DNA of 64,000 bases from Candidatus Poribacteria bacterium (GCA_965200205.1 CBDAUI010000002.1:599218-663217); one strand, 5' to 3'; positions 30,262 to 40,525 are shown, counted from the stretch's first letter. Made by a program: numbers and translations. Notes: a model not told the origin generated them from the sequence alone.

Positions 30262-30367
30262 TAAGAAAAATGCTGCATTAGTACGCGACGCAATTTTGTG
30301 CTATAATGGTAATGTGTAACGAACACAGTGTGGTGTTTTATAACAACATTTCAGAAGGAGAAGTACC

Positions 30368-30661
30368 ATGTCATATTCTGATGCTACCTCTGAAACCATC
30401 GCCGCCCGCGGCGAAGAAATCTATCAGCAGTACCGCGAAGAACTCGAAGCTCAACACAAAGGTCAGTTTTTTGTAGTTGACATTGAAACGGAAAACTATG
30501 AAATCGCCGATGAGGATTTGGAAGCGACAAAACGTCTGCTTGCTAAGAATCCCAAGGCTATGACTTACGGGGTGCGAATCGGATACCCGGCCACCCACGG
30601 TATCGGCTTCAGCTTCGTAGAATGGAATGTGGAATACTATAATGATAACAGGGAAAATTAG
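30368..30661 (+). CDS. Small conserved hypothetical protein (copy A of a duplicated pair)
   Basis: 97 aa; ~65% identical to the 31022-31288 product (shared SETIAARGEEIYQ...FVVDIETENYEIADEDLEAT); preceded by a TGnTATAAT extended -10 at 30298-30306. Confidence 0.6.
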   Translation: MSYSDATSETIAARGEEIYQQYREELEAQHKGQFFVVDIETENYEIADEDLEATKRLLAKNPKAMTYGVRIGYPATHGIGFSFVEWNVEYYNDNREN

Positions 30662-31010
30662 AGACGAACGTGTAGCTATCATTGAAGTGGAAGTGATCGG
30701 CTTAAATCAACGCGCGAAAATTGAGGCAACTCTTGATACCGGATTTACGGGCTATCTGACACTACCAGAGTTTTTAGTTGACTACTTAAGGCTTCCATAG
30801 ATTGGTACTCGGCACACAATTATTGCTCATGGAAGAGCAGTAATCCTTGACCTGTATCTTGCCAAAGTGATTTGGCACGGCAAAGAACGCGATATAGAAG
30901 TTCTGCAAACAGACAAGCAACCGTTAATCGGTATGTCGTTGCTTCGCGGAAGTCGTGTAACACTTGATGTTGTGCCAGATGGCGACGTAACGATTGCTCC
31001 GCTGCGATAG
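30642..31010 (+). pseudogene. Retropepsin-like (clan AA) aspartic protease gene with an in-frame TAG at 30798-30800
   Basis: MITGKIRDERVAIIEVEVIGLNQRAKIEATLDTGFTGYLTLP carries the catalytic D-T-G. The same frame continues after the TAG with ...VILDLYLAKVIWHGKERDIEVLQTDKQPLIGMSLLRGSRVTLDV, a retropepsin C-terminal-like segment. The ATG overlaps the 3' end of the upstream small gene. Confidence 0.55.
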
Positions 31011-31021
31011 GGAGAATCACT

Positions 31022-31288
31022 ATGCTATATTCTGATGAGACCTCCGAAGCCATCGCTGCCCGCGGTGAAGAAATCTATCAGTCCTTGAAGGATGAGCTTG
31101 AATCTCAATACAAAGGCAAAATTTTTGTAGTTGACATTGAAACAGGGAACTATGAAATTGATGATGAGGATTTAGAAGCTACAGCCTGTCTCTTTGCGAA
31201 GAATCCCGACGCTGTTACTTATGGTTTACGCATTGGCTTCGTACCTATCTATAAACTCGGTTTTAGATCTTACGGTTGGAAACCTTAA
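31022..31288 (+). CDS. Small conserved hypothetical protein (copy B)
   Basis: 88 aa paralog of the 30368-30661 product. Confidence 0.6.
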   Translation: MLYSDETSEAIAARGEEIYQSLKDELESQYKGKIFVVDIETGNYEIDDEDLEATACLFAKNPDAVTYGLRIGFVPIYKLGFRSYGWKP

Positions 31289-31373
31289 CCGTGGTTTTCC
31301 ATTATCAATAAAAGCGAAAGGTGTTTCAGTAAAATCTCAAAACAGATCCATATTCAAACAACTTTCAATCACA

Positions 31374-32920
31374 ATGTGGCATATCGCAACTTTTGCTTTT
31401 CTTCTATTCTGCATAACAACCGTAGTTCCCGCCCAAACTGTTGAGCAAATTGCTGAAAAAGCATTAGCGGCTACGGTCTACTTGGAGATGAAGGACAGCA
31501 CCGGCAAAACCATCGGATTTGGTAGTGGTTTCTTCGTGACGGAAAATCTGATCGCTACGAACTATCACGTCATAGAAGGTGCAGCAACTGGTACTGCACG
31601 ATTAGTGCAAAACACTCGAAATACGCCCAAGCTTAACCCTGAGTTGAATAAAGCCCACATTAATTTCATTAATAAATACGAGACATACACTATCGAAGGG
31701 TCTACTGCTACTGACGAAACAAACGATCTTGTACTCTTAGAGGTATCGACACGTATCAAGGATCCAGATTTATTGAAAATTTATAGGCAACTATTCCCTA
31801 TCCAACCTCTGTCTATTGGTAACAGCGCCGAAGTCAAAACTGGGACACTGGTATACGTTGTGGGAAATCCAAAAGGCTTAGAAGGTACATTCTCAAGTGG
31901 CATTATCAGCAGTCGTCGCAGGAGGCTCACTGAGGAACGCCTACAGATGACAGCTCCAGTTTCCCCGGGGAGCAGCGGTGGGCCTGTCCTAAATAATAAA
32001 GGTGAAGTAATTGGAATCGCCTTTATGACTATTGAAGGCGGACAGAATCTTAATTTTGCGATTCCCTCAAACTACCTTAAAACACTACTCCTTCAATCTG
32101 GAACAGTAAAACCCCTGTCAGAGAACGAACAATCCATCTCCGCGGAGACGTATTTCCTACGAGGCGAGGCGATGAGGGAGATGGAACTATATGAGGAAGC
32201 AATTGCAGCTTATGACCAAGCAATACGTCTAAAACCAGATTATGTTGAAGCATATAACGAACGGGGCGTTGCCAAAATTATGCTAGGACAATATTTCGCC
32301 GCTATTGCTGATTTTGACCAGGCAATACAACTCAAACCCGATTATGCAGATGCATATACACATCGTGGAACTGTGAAGACAATTCTAGACCAAAATTCTG
32401 CCGCGATTGCCGATTATGATAGGGCAATTCAAATAACACCTGATGATGCCTTTGTGTACCATTTTCGTGGTATGGCAAAAGAAACTTTGAAACAATATTT
32501 TGCTGCTATCTCCGATTTTGACAAGGCCATAAAACTAAAACCTGACTTTGCCGAAGCATATCACAAGCGGGGGAGATAAAGATCGTTCTCGGTCAACCTC
32601 GTGCTGCCATCTCTGATTTCAACAAAGCCATAGAATTAAAACCTGATGATGCTGAAATATACTATAGTCGGGGATCCGTGAAAGGATTTCTGAAGCAATA
32701 CTTTGGTGCCATCTCTGACTTTGACAAGGCTATAGAATTAAAACCTGATTTTGCCAAAGTATACGTCAGTAGAGGCATTTCAAAGCACAAACTGGGACAA
32801 ACTTGGGAGGCAAAACGGGATATCCAAATAGGGTTGAAAATTGCTGAACGGACAGGTGATACAGATACCAAGGATCTTGCCGAGCTTACACTTCGTTTTC
32901 TTGAAACCAGTGGAAGATGA
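31374..32920 (+). CDS. Secreted trypsin-like (S1) serine protease with C-terminal TPR repeats; frameshifted at a G5 homopolymer near 32569-32573
   Basis: Signal peptide MWHIATFAFLLFCITTVVPAQT. S1 domain (GFGSGFFVTENLIATNYHV; TAPVSPGSSGGPVLN with the catalytic Ser). 34-aa TPR repeats continue seamlessly across the frame change (…AEAYHKRG | EIKIVLGQPRAAISDFNKAIELKPDD…). Confidence 0.7.
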
Positions 32921-33195
32921 AAACTAAATGTTATGTTTGCTATGCAACGCGAACTTGACTGTATGCCGTCAGACGAACGCTACGCAAGGTTTGAACAGCG
33001 TCAAAAAGAGATGGAAGTACTATCGCTTTTGAGGATAATCAGGGTAATACGGACGAACATATCGATGAACTTCATGGGATTTGGGGTGATATTTATCAGA
33101 CCGTTGGTCTCCAACAAGGACTAAGTACCGAGGCTCTAAGATTTGGTGCAACACTCATATCACCTACTCCACTCAGTAAGCCCCTTGGCGAGGAA

Positions 33196-34029
33196 ATGGC
33201 TGTTACAAATTTCACCGAACAAGTTGGGGCAAACACGTCCGAAGCTCTTAAGGTTTCAAAGTGGCTGCTAAAAGTTACAAAAGCAGTCGATAAGTTTCTG
33301 GGAGATATGCGGGGTTCCAGAGAAGCCGTAACCGAAATTGCCCATGCGCGGTTGCTGGCGGTAGCAATTATCTTATCAGATTTTTGTTTGAATGATAAGA
33401 CAAAGCTTCTTAATGAATGGGAGAAAACAACGTTCAGGATTTTCGGACTCCTTGATAAGGATGCTCGCACAGGGGTTGGAAATTATGTGAGATTGGCTCG
33501 CGATATCTGGAAGAATCCTGAGTTAAGTGCCGATGACATTTTAGATAAGATACAGGAAATTGGAACGTTGTATCACATTGACGATTTACTCAATCAACCG
33601 GAAGGCACGAATTGGTACGAAGGTTGGGAGACAGAACTTCGATATTTGTTGTTCCGTTACGAGGAGCATCTGGCTAAACAGCTGGGACAAAAGTTTGATA
33701 ACGAGCAGTGGCGGCGTATGTGGGAAGATTCACCTTCACGCTCTGTTGAACACATTTTTCCACAGTCGAAAGGTAGCCAGGAGCCCTTAAGAGATAGTCA
33801 AGAAGGTATTTACGTTCATAGACTTGGAAACCTTTTGCTCTTACCACCAGGCCTCAATTCAAAGCTGGGGAATAAGGATCCGGAAGATAAGGCACCTTGC
33901 TATAGGCAGACCGGACTTTTCAGTGCTGCCGATGTCGCGCGAACGATTGATGAGTATGGTTGGGGAGCAGATCAGATTAAAGAACGAGAGCAGCGGATGA
34001 TAACATGGATTCGCGAGAAATGGGGATAG
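33196..34029 (+). CDS. DUF1524 (GmrSD C-terminal, His-Me finger/HNH-like nuclease) domain protein
   Basis: SVEHIFPQSKG...VHRLGNLLLLPPGLNSKLGNK matches the DUF1524 signature; no DUF262 N-terminal domain present. Confidence 0.6.
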   Translation: MAVTNFTEQVGANTSEALKVSKWLLKVTKAVDKFLGDMRGSREAVTEIAHARLLAVAIILSDFCLNDKTKLLNEWEKTTFRIFGLLDKDARTGVGNYVRLARDIWKNPELSADDILDKIQEIGTLYHIDDLLNQPEGTNWYEGWETELRYLLFRYEEHLAKQLGQKFDNEQWRRMWEDSPSRSVEHIFPQSKGSQEPLRDSQEGIYVHRLGNLLLLPPGLNSKLGNKDPEDKAPCYRQTGLFSAADVARTIDEYGWGADQIKEREQRMITWIREKWG

Positions 34030-34260
34030 GGAGGGATTACATCTCGTTCATGAACCTCCTATAAATTTTCGCGGATATGACGGGTCAGTTCTGTGCAAGA
34101 TAGAGCAACCGATTTCCCAATGCCGAAGCACGCCCTCCGGGGTCTAATCTCAACTGCCCAGATGCCGAGTTCTCGCGTAAAGTAAAATCTATGAATACAA
34201 GATTAATTAGCACAAGTCGTAAACATCGGAGGTGCTGAACAATAGCACTTTAAGGGGAGT

Positions 34261-36084
34261 TTGTTAATGGCACATCACCACAACCCAGCATCCGTGGATG
34301 CCTACTTCCGACAAGGCAATTCGCTCTACGAGATGGAGCTCTACGAGGAAGCTATTGATGCCTATACCAGCGCAATCCGGTCTAATCCGGATACTATTAC
34401 CGTCTTCTACAACCGAGGCCTCGCCAAGGCGAAACTCGGACGATATGCCGACGCTATAAAAGACTTTGACATCGCCATACGCCGGAAACCCGATTTTGCT
34501 GAAGCCTACTACAGTCGCGGAAACGCTAACGCCAACCTTAAACAACACCGCCAAGCCGTCACTGAATACGATAAGGCAATACGATACAAACCCAATTACG
34601 TCGAAGCTTACATGGACCGGGGTGCTGCGAAACTTTTCCTCGGTCAGCATGCTGAGGCCCTAAAAGACTATGACTTCGTTATACAACACAGCCCCAATGA
34701 AGTCATAGCATACTATAATCGCGGATTGATCAAAGCTGAACTCGGACAATACGCAGCCGCTATCGCGGATTTTGATGAAGCCATACAACGCAATCCGAAT
34801 GACACTGAGGTTTACATCGACCGGGGAACTGCGAAGTTTAACTGCCATCAATATGCCCTAGCTGTCCAAGACTATGACAAAGCGATACAACGCAATCCGG
34901 ATAGAGCTGATACGTACTACAAGCGCGGAGTTGCAAAGAGTAGACTCGGTCAACACGCAGCGGCTCTTGAAGACTATGACAAAGCGATACAACTCAAGCC
35001 CGACTATGCTGAAGCCTATGATAGCCGAGGCGTGACAAAAGCCGCCCTTGGCGAGTATACTGAAGCTATCAAAGATTATGACGTGGCGATACGATGCCAA
35101 CCCCACTCTGCCGAAACCTATAACAATCGAGGGGTCGCGAAACAGGAACTCGGTCAATACGCAGCGGCTCTTGAAGACTATGACAAAGCGATACAACTCA
35201 AGCCTGATTATATCAAAGCTTATAACAATCGGGGGGTCGCGAAACGGGAACTCGGTGAATATGCCGCTGCTGTCGCTGATTATGACATCGCCATCCGATG
35301 TGACCCCGATTATGCGGAAGCCTATTGTAATCGTGCGGCTGCGAAGACGAAACTCGGTCACCACGATGCCGCTATTGCAGATTTAGACACAGCAATACAT
35401 CTCAATCCGAATAATGCTGCCCCGTATTACAATCGCGGGGCTGTGAAGGTCACCCAGGGCGAACCCGTAGCCGCTATCGCGGATTTTGATGAAGCCATAC
35501 AACGCAATCCTGACCTTATCGAGGCCTATTACAATCGCGGATTTGCTAAGGGGAATCTTTGTCAATATACCGAGGCAATACAAGACTTTGACATCGTGAT
35601 ACAGCGGAAACCTGAGGATGCACAAACCTATCTCATGCGCGGGAGTCTAAAGTCGGCCCTCGGTCAATATGCCGAGGCTATACAGAACTTTGACACTGCC
35701 CTACAATACAACCCTGATGATGTCAAAATTTACGTCGCTCGCGGTACTGCAAGGGCTGCCTGTGGTCAATATACTGAAGCCGTAGAAGACTTTGACATCG
35801 CACTTCAGTATAACCTCGAAATTGACTTTGTTTACCTCTACCGCGGACATGCCAAAGCAAAACTCGGCCAATACCCGGACGCTATACAGGACTTTGACAC
35901 GGCGGCACGTCTCAATCCGAATGACCCCCAACTCCCTCTCCTAAAGGCAGGAGCGAAATTAGAATTAGAGAGAGCTCAGGAGGCGAAACAGGATCTTCGC
36001 ACGGCTTTGAGACTCGCGAAAAAGAAAGGCGATGCGGACCTGATAACCCACATTGAGAAAACATTGTGTAGCCTCAAAGAGTAA
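34261..36084 (+). CDS. TPR repeat protein (~16 regular 34-aa repeats)
   Basis: Near-periodic AEAYYNRG.AK..LG.Y..AI.DYD.AI...P repeats; 102-bp periodicity is also visible at DNA level (e.g. near-identical segments at 34945-35004 and 35147-35206). Confidence 0.85.
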   Translation: MLMAHHHNPASVDAYFRQGNSLYEMELYEEAIDAYTSAIRSNPDTITVFYNRGLAKAKLGRYADAIKDFDIAIRRKPDFAEAYYSRGNANANLKQHRQAVTEYDKAIRYKPNYVEAYMDRGAAKLFLGQHAEALKDYDFVIQHSPNEVIAYYNRGLIKAELGQYAAAIADFDEAIQRNPNDTEVYIDRGTAKFNCHQYALAVQDYDKAIQRNPDRADTYYKRGVAKSRLGQHAAALEDYDKAIQLKPDYAEAYDSRGVTKAALGEYTEAIKDYDVAIRCQPHSAETYNNRGVAKQELGQYAAALEDYDKAIQLKPDYIKAYNNRGVAKRELGEYAAAVADYDIAIRCDPDYAEAYCNRAAAKTKLGHHDAAIADLDTAIHLNPNNAAPYYNRGAVKVTQGEPVAAIADFDEAIQRNPDLIEAYYNRGFAKGNLCQYTEAIQDFDIVIQRKPEDAQTYLMRGSLKSALGQYAEAIQNFDTALQYNPDDVKIYVARGTARAACGQYTEAVEDFDIALQYNLEIDFVYLYRGHAKAKLGQYPDAIQDFDTAARLNPNDPQLPLLKAGAKLELERAQEAKQDLRTALRLAKKKGDADLITHIEKTLCSLKE

Positions 36085-36119
36085 AAATCGGTAAGCGTGG
36101 AACCTATGAGAACCTCGCG

Positions 36120-37268
36120 TCAACTGAGGTTAATAATCTCTCCAGTTGCTGCAGAGCGATACCCCGCGCAGATGATTTCGACGGAATGCACAGCAAATTC
36201 GGCGTTCATCTCGCTCTCTATGCCGTTCTCAATACAATCCACAAACGCACTGAACTCTCGTGGCCCATCGTCTCCGCTGCCGACATCTATCCACTGCTGT
36301 TTCGGGCGCATACCGCTCTCCGCTTGTGTACTACTCCACATCCCCATCGGATCGAGCGGATGCGGGGTCGGCGGTTCAAACGCCGGTTCAGCAGCAAACA
36401 CTTCCAGACGGTTCGCTGAAGCATCAAACGTCAAGCTCCCTTCGGTGCCGATGAGGTGTACCTTCCGAACACCGCCTTGTGCGTGACTCTGCCAACCGTA
36501 GCGTCCGCTGGTAATTGTCGCTGTCGTACCATCTTCTAACGTCAGCACCAATGCACCGAAATCTTCGAGATCACAGTCGAGATGCTCTTTGAAGAAATAG
36601 TTCGCTGTTCCACCAAACACGCGCTGCACCCGTTTCTGTGTCAGCCAATTCACCATAGACACCGCATAGACCCCGACATCGAACATCTCAGGCTTCGCTT
36701 CAACGAAACTATAGCGCTCCAGTGTAGGTTTTTGGATTCTTTTCTCTCCAACGGGTGCGGTGCCGGGATGTCCCTTGGAGAAAAGCACATCGCAATGGAT
36801 CGCTTGAAGTTCACCGATACGTCCACTGGTCAATGCGCGCTGAACCGTGCGTGCCCACGTACTATGGATATTACTGAACATCTGGGTTCGCACGCCGCTT
36901 TTTGAGACCGCTTCAACAATCCTGTTCGCATCGTCAGGGTTGAGTGCCATCGGTTTATCGAGATAGACGTGTTTTCCCGCTTCCGCACATTTTGCACCGA
37001 CACGTCCACGACGTTCCACCTCCGTGCAGAGGCTGACGATATGAACATCCTCACGTGCCAAAGCGTCGTCGAGATCACGGATGAAAGGTAGATTTAACGA
37101 TTCTGCGAGCGAACGTGCCAGTGCCACCCGTTCTGGTGGTGCATCGAGTTCATCGGCAAACGCGATCAATCGGCAGCGTTCGTCTTGTTCAAAAAGCGAG
37201 GCGTAATTCTCCTGATGTGTGCGGTATCCGCCGAGCAGAAGCACACCGTATTTTCCGTTTTGCCGCAT
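36120..37268 (-). CDS. Gfo/Idh/MocA family NAD(P)-dependent oxidoreductase
   Basis: N-terminal Rossmann fold (YGVLLLGGYRTHQENY...) and family-typical C-terminal domain. Confidence 0.85.
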   Translation of the reverse strand: MRQNGKYGVLLLGGYRTHQENYASLFEQDERCRLIAFADELDAPPERVALARSLAESLNLPFIRDLDDALAREDVHIVSLCTEVERRGRVGAKCAEAGKHVYLDKPMALNPDDANRIVEAVSKSGVRTQMFSNIHSTWARTVQRALTSGRIGELQAIHCDVLFSKGHPGTAPVGEKRIQKPTLERYSFVEAKPEMFDVGVYAVSMVNWLTQKRVQRVFGGTANYFFKEHLDCDLEDFGALVLTLEDGTTATITSGRYGWQSHAQGGVRKVHLIGTEGSLTFDASANRLEVFAAEPAFEPPTPHPLDPMGMWSSTQAESGMRPKQQWIDVGSGDDGPREFSAFVDCIENGIESEMNAEFAVHSVEIICAGYRSAATGEIINLS

Positions 37269-37270
37269 GT

Positions 37271-37714
37271 TTAAACCTCCAACACAACAGGTTGACCGCT
37301 TTCAAGCGATTGCGCGATAGCTGCTGTCAATTCGCCAGTCCCGTCTAATTCGGGTAGAATCGCGTTCTGATGGTGTCTACCGATTGGCGTTTCGTGGTAG
37401 ATGACACCTCTGTTCCCGACCAACATAATGTCAATTGCTGTTTCAATATCTGCTCTGTCAACGCTCAAGAGTGCCATCTGTCCTGCGACATAGTGAACCA
37501 TCACCGTCATCTGTGTGCTGTCTGCGTGTCCTTGCGCGTAAACACGCTCCGGTGACGAGGGAATCCATTCATTTGTAAGTGCCGTCACCACTCCGATTGA
37601 CGATAGCAAATCCGCACTGTCGTCCGTTACATGTAGAACACAGCGCAGGAACACTGGACTCCCAATCCGACCTTTCTCAAGCATGGATTGAACCGACTGT
37701 TTTAGTAGTTCCAT
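37271..37714 (-). CDS. Hypothetical protein
   Basis: ORF immediately upstream of the Gfo/Idh/MocA gene; start set at MELLKQS, preceded by GGAAGAGGAAAA; no recognizable motifs. Confidence 0.4.
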   Translation of the reverse strand: MELLKQSVQSMLEKGRIGSPVFLRCVLHVTDDSADLLSSIGVVTALTNEWIPSSPERVYAQGHADSTQMTVMVHYVAGQMALLSVDRADIETAIDIMLVGNRGVIYHETPIGRHHQNAILPELDGTGELTAAIAQSLESGQPVVLEV

Positions 37715-37908
37715 TTTTCCTCTTCCTATAGAATCAATTTCGTTATCATCATACTTCGGTGAATAAAAAAGAGTTGACATATCGACTCGTCTTGTGCTAT
37801 AGTTCTAAAAAATCTTATCTAATCCACAGGTGTGCCAGAAGCCGAATTTTGAACATCGTTCAAAATTCGCCCAGATAGCCAATAGTTTAAAAAAATTGGA
37901 GGAAAACT

Positions 37909-38274
37909 ATGCCATTGAAAACCCTTGAACAACTGCTTAGCGAAGCGAGAGCGAACGTTGGACAGATAGCTCCTGATGAACTCACAGAGGCTACAGAGAC
38001 AATTATCCTCTTGGATGTTCGGGATGAACCGGACTACGACGAAGAACATCTACCGAATGCCGTTTCACTACCGCGCGGCTACATTGAACTTGATATCGAC
38101 GAGGTTGCACCTGATGCGGACACACACATCGTTACCTATTGCGGTGGCGGTACCCGTGCGACACTTTCCGCTCACACCCTGAAAAATATGGGTTATGAAA
38201 ACGTTTCGGTCCTAACCGGCGGTTTCCGAGGGTGGAAAGCCGAAGGATTACCCACCGAAAAATCTGACGCATAA
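37909..38274 (+). CDS. Single-domain rhodanese-like sulfurtransferase
   Basis: Active-site loop YCGGGTRA with the catalytic Cys; 121 aa. Confidence 0.85.
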   Translation: MPLKTLEQLLSEARANVGQIAPDELTEATETIILLDVRDEPDYDEEHLPNAVSLPRGYIELDIDEVAPDADTHIVTYCGGGTRATLSAHTLKNMGYENVSVLTGGFRGWKAEGLPTEKSDA

Positions 38275-38388
38275 GTAACAACATTAGATTAGCACGGATG
38301 GCAGACCTTGTCAATATCTTAACGGCAGTCGGGACGATTTCGGTTTCTACGACGAAACCGTTCCAACACGGATCCCAACGGAGAAAAC

Positions 38389-39417
38389 ATGCGCAACAGA
38401 TATATCCTCTTAATACTTATATTTTTTGCATTTTTTATTACTGATGGCATTGGACAGAAGAAACAGTTAAACGTCTTCACATGGGCGGGTTACGTCAGCG
38501 ATGACATCCGTGAGGGGTTTGAAAAGGAGTTCGGGGTTACCGTCCTCGTTGATACCTTTGCAAGCAACGAAGATCTCCTCACGAAGTTGATGGCAGGCGC
38601 GACAGGGTACGACATCATCATGCCGTCTGACTACATGGTATCAATTTTAATCAAGCAGAACCTGTTAGAAGATCTGGATCGCGACAACATCCCGAATTTC
38701 GAGAATATCAGTCCGCTGTTCCTCGGTAAATACTTTGATCCTGAAAACCGATATTCTATTCCGTATACGTTCGGGACAGCAGGTATCGCTTATGACTCGG
38801 CTGTTATTTCACCAGCACCGGATAGTTGGGCAGTGCTATGGGACGAACAATACAAGAACCGGTTCAGTATGTTAGACGACCAGCGCGAGACGGTTGGTGC
38901 TGCACTTAAATTGCTCGGATACAGCCTCAATAGTACCGATCCGGAGGAGATCAGGGCGGCGAAAGAGAAACTCATTGAGCAGAAACCGCTTGTGAAACAG
39001 TATAAGAGTGAAGCGGAAGAACTTCTCATCGCAGGTGATGTCGTTATGGCGCACTGCTGGAGTGGCGATGCGTTCCGTGCGACGGAGACACGTCCGACGA
39101 TTCGGTACGTTATTCCGAAGGAAGGGTCGAGCCAGTTTATTGATGCTGTCTGTATACCGAAATCCGCACCGCATAAGGCACTCGCGGAGCAGTTCATTAA
39201 CTACCTTCTCCGTCCCGAAGTCAACGCCAAGATTACCGCCTTCACGAAATACGGCACTTGTGTACCGACAGCGAAAGCGTTCTTACCTGAAAACCTACGG
39301 GAACATAAATTTATCTATCCGCCGCAAGAGGTGTTGGAGTCCCTTGAATGGTTGAGAGATCCAGGAGATTTTACGAGGCACTACGATCGCGCGTGGGAGG
39401 AAGTCAAGGCGAAATAG
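38389..39417 (+). CDS. ABC transporter periplasmic substrate-binding protein, spermidine/putrescine (PotD/PotF-like) family
   Basis: Signal peptide; LNVFTWAGYVSDDIREGFEKEFGV...YDIIMPSDYMV typical of PotD-like SBPs. Confidence 0.8.
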   Translation: MRNRYILLILIFFAFFITDGIGQKKQLNVFTWAGYVSDDIREGFEKEFGVTVLVDTFASNEDLLTKLMAGATGYDIIMPSDYMVSILIKQNLLEDLDRDNIPNFENISPLFLGKYFDPENRYSIPYTFGTAGIAYDSAVISPAPDSWAVLWDEQYKNRFSMLDDQRETVGAALKLLGYSLNSTDPEEIRAAKEKLIEQKPLVKQYKSEAEELLIAGDVVMAHCWSGDAFRATETRPTIRYVIPKEGSSQFIDAVCIPKSAPHKALAEQFINYLLRPEVNAKITAFTKYGTCVPTAKAFLPENLREHKFIYPPQEVLESLEWLRDPGDFTRHYDRAWEEVKAK

Positions 39418-39469
39418 TTATTCTTATCCAGCGTTGATATACGCGCAATAGTGCTATAGAAAAAACCGA

Positions 39470-40525
39470 CTACCAATCCTCATCAAAAAACGGCGTGCTC
39501 GGATAACTGTAGATGTTGCCTTCATAGTTGCGAAGTTGGATTTCGTCATCGTCGAAAGCGACGATGGGGTCGGGGATCAACGCGATCTTGCCACCGCCAC
39601 CGGGTGCATCAACGACGTAGTGCGGCACACCGAGTCCGGATATATGGCCACGCAACGCCGAAACGATTTCTAAACCGGTCTTCACTGCTGTCCGGAAATG
39701 ATCGGTTCCGACCACGAGATCCGCTTGATAGATATAGTACGGCTTGACACGGATCCGTAGTAATCCCTTCATCAGTTCTACCATGACATCAGGATCATCG
39801 TTCACGCCTTTGAGAAGTACCGCCTGGTTCCCGAGCGGTATTCCGGCATCAGCGAGCATGCCGCACGCTTTTTCCGTCTCAGGCGTGATCTCGCGCGGGT
39901 GGTTGAAATGCGTATTGATGTAAAATGGGTGATACTGCTTCAAGATAGCGCACAACTCAGGCGTAATACGTTGCGGGAGTGTCACGGGGACACGCGAACC
40001 GATTCGGATGATCTCCAAGTGTTCAATGGCTCGTAAGCCACCGACAATCATATCAAGCTTTTTATCTGTCAGCATGAGCGGATCGCCGCCGGAGATAATA
40101 ACATCACGGATTTCCGGGTGTGCTTGAATATAGGCGAGTCCTCTTTCAACATTGTCCTCAGAGATTGAGTGCGGGTCACCGACTTTCCGTTTGCGAGTGC
40201 AAAAACGGCAGTAGATGGGACACATGTAGTTGACATAAAAGAGGGCGCGGTCTGGGTAGCGATGTGTGACGTTCGGTACCTCGCTATCGTCCTCCTCGTG
40301 AAGTGGGTCCTCTACACCGGAGCTAACCAATTCCTTCGGATCTGGAACGACCTGCTTCCAGATCGGATCGCCGGGTTCCTCTATGAGACTGAGATAATAC
40401 GGGTTGATACGGATCGGAAATTCTTTGTGGATGCGCCGCATCTCTTCGAGGTCAACATCGAATGCGGCAGCGAGTTTTTCGGGGGTATTGACAGTGTCTC
40501 TGACAAGACGTTTCCATTCTTCCAT
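39470..40525 (-). CDS. KamA-family radical SAM protein (lysine 2,3-aminomutase / EpmB-like)
   Basis: CPIYCRFCTRKR cluster motif and overall KamA-family collinearity; 351 aa. Confidence 0.85.
   Translation of the reverse strand: MEEWKRLVRDTVNTPEKLAAAFDVDLEEMRRIHKEFPIRINPYYLSLIEEPGDPIWKQVVPDPKELVSSGVEDPLHEEDDSEVPNVTHRYPDRALFYVNYMCPIYCRFCTRKRKVGDPHSISEDNVERGLAYIQAHPEIRDVIISGGDPLMLTDKKLDMIVGGLRAIEHLEIIRIGSRVPVTLPQRITPELCAILKQYHPFYINTHFNHPREITPETEKACGMLADAGIPLGNQAVLLKGVNDDPDVMVELMKGLLRIRVKPYYIYQADLVVGTDHFRTAVKTGLEIVSALRGHISGLGVPHYVVDAPGGGGKIALIPDPIVAFDDDEIQLRNYEGNIYSYPSTPFFDEDW

Noticed and set aside
32933-33124. 63-aa ORF between the protease-TPR gene and DUF1524 gene
   Set aside because: No RBS and no motifs; the DUF1524 reading frame is open through this region without a start, suggesting decayed coding sequence rather than a separate gene.
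37266-37275. Possible read-through/selenocysteine link between ORF 37271-37780 and the Gfo/Idh/MocA gene
   Set aside because: The upstream stop is TAA and the downstream ATG is in a different frame, so these are separate genes, not a UGA-recoded fusion.
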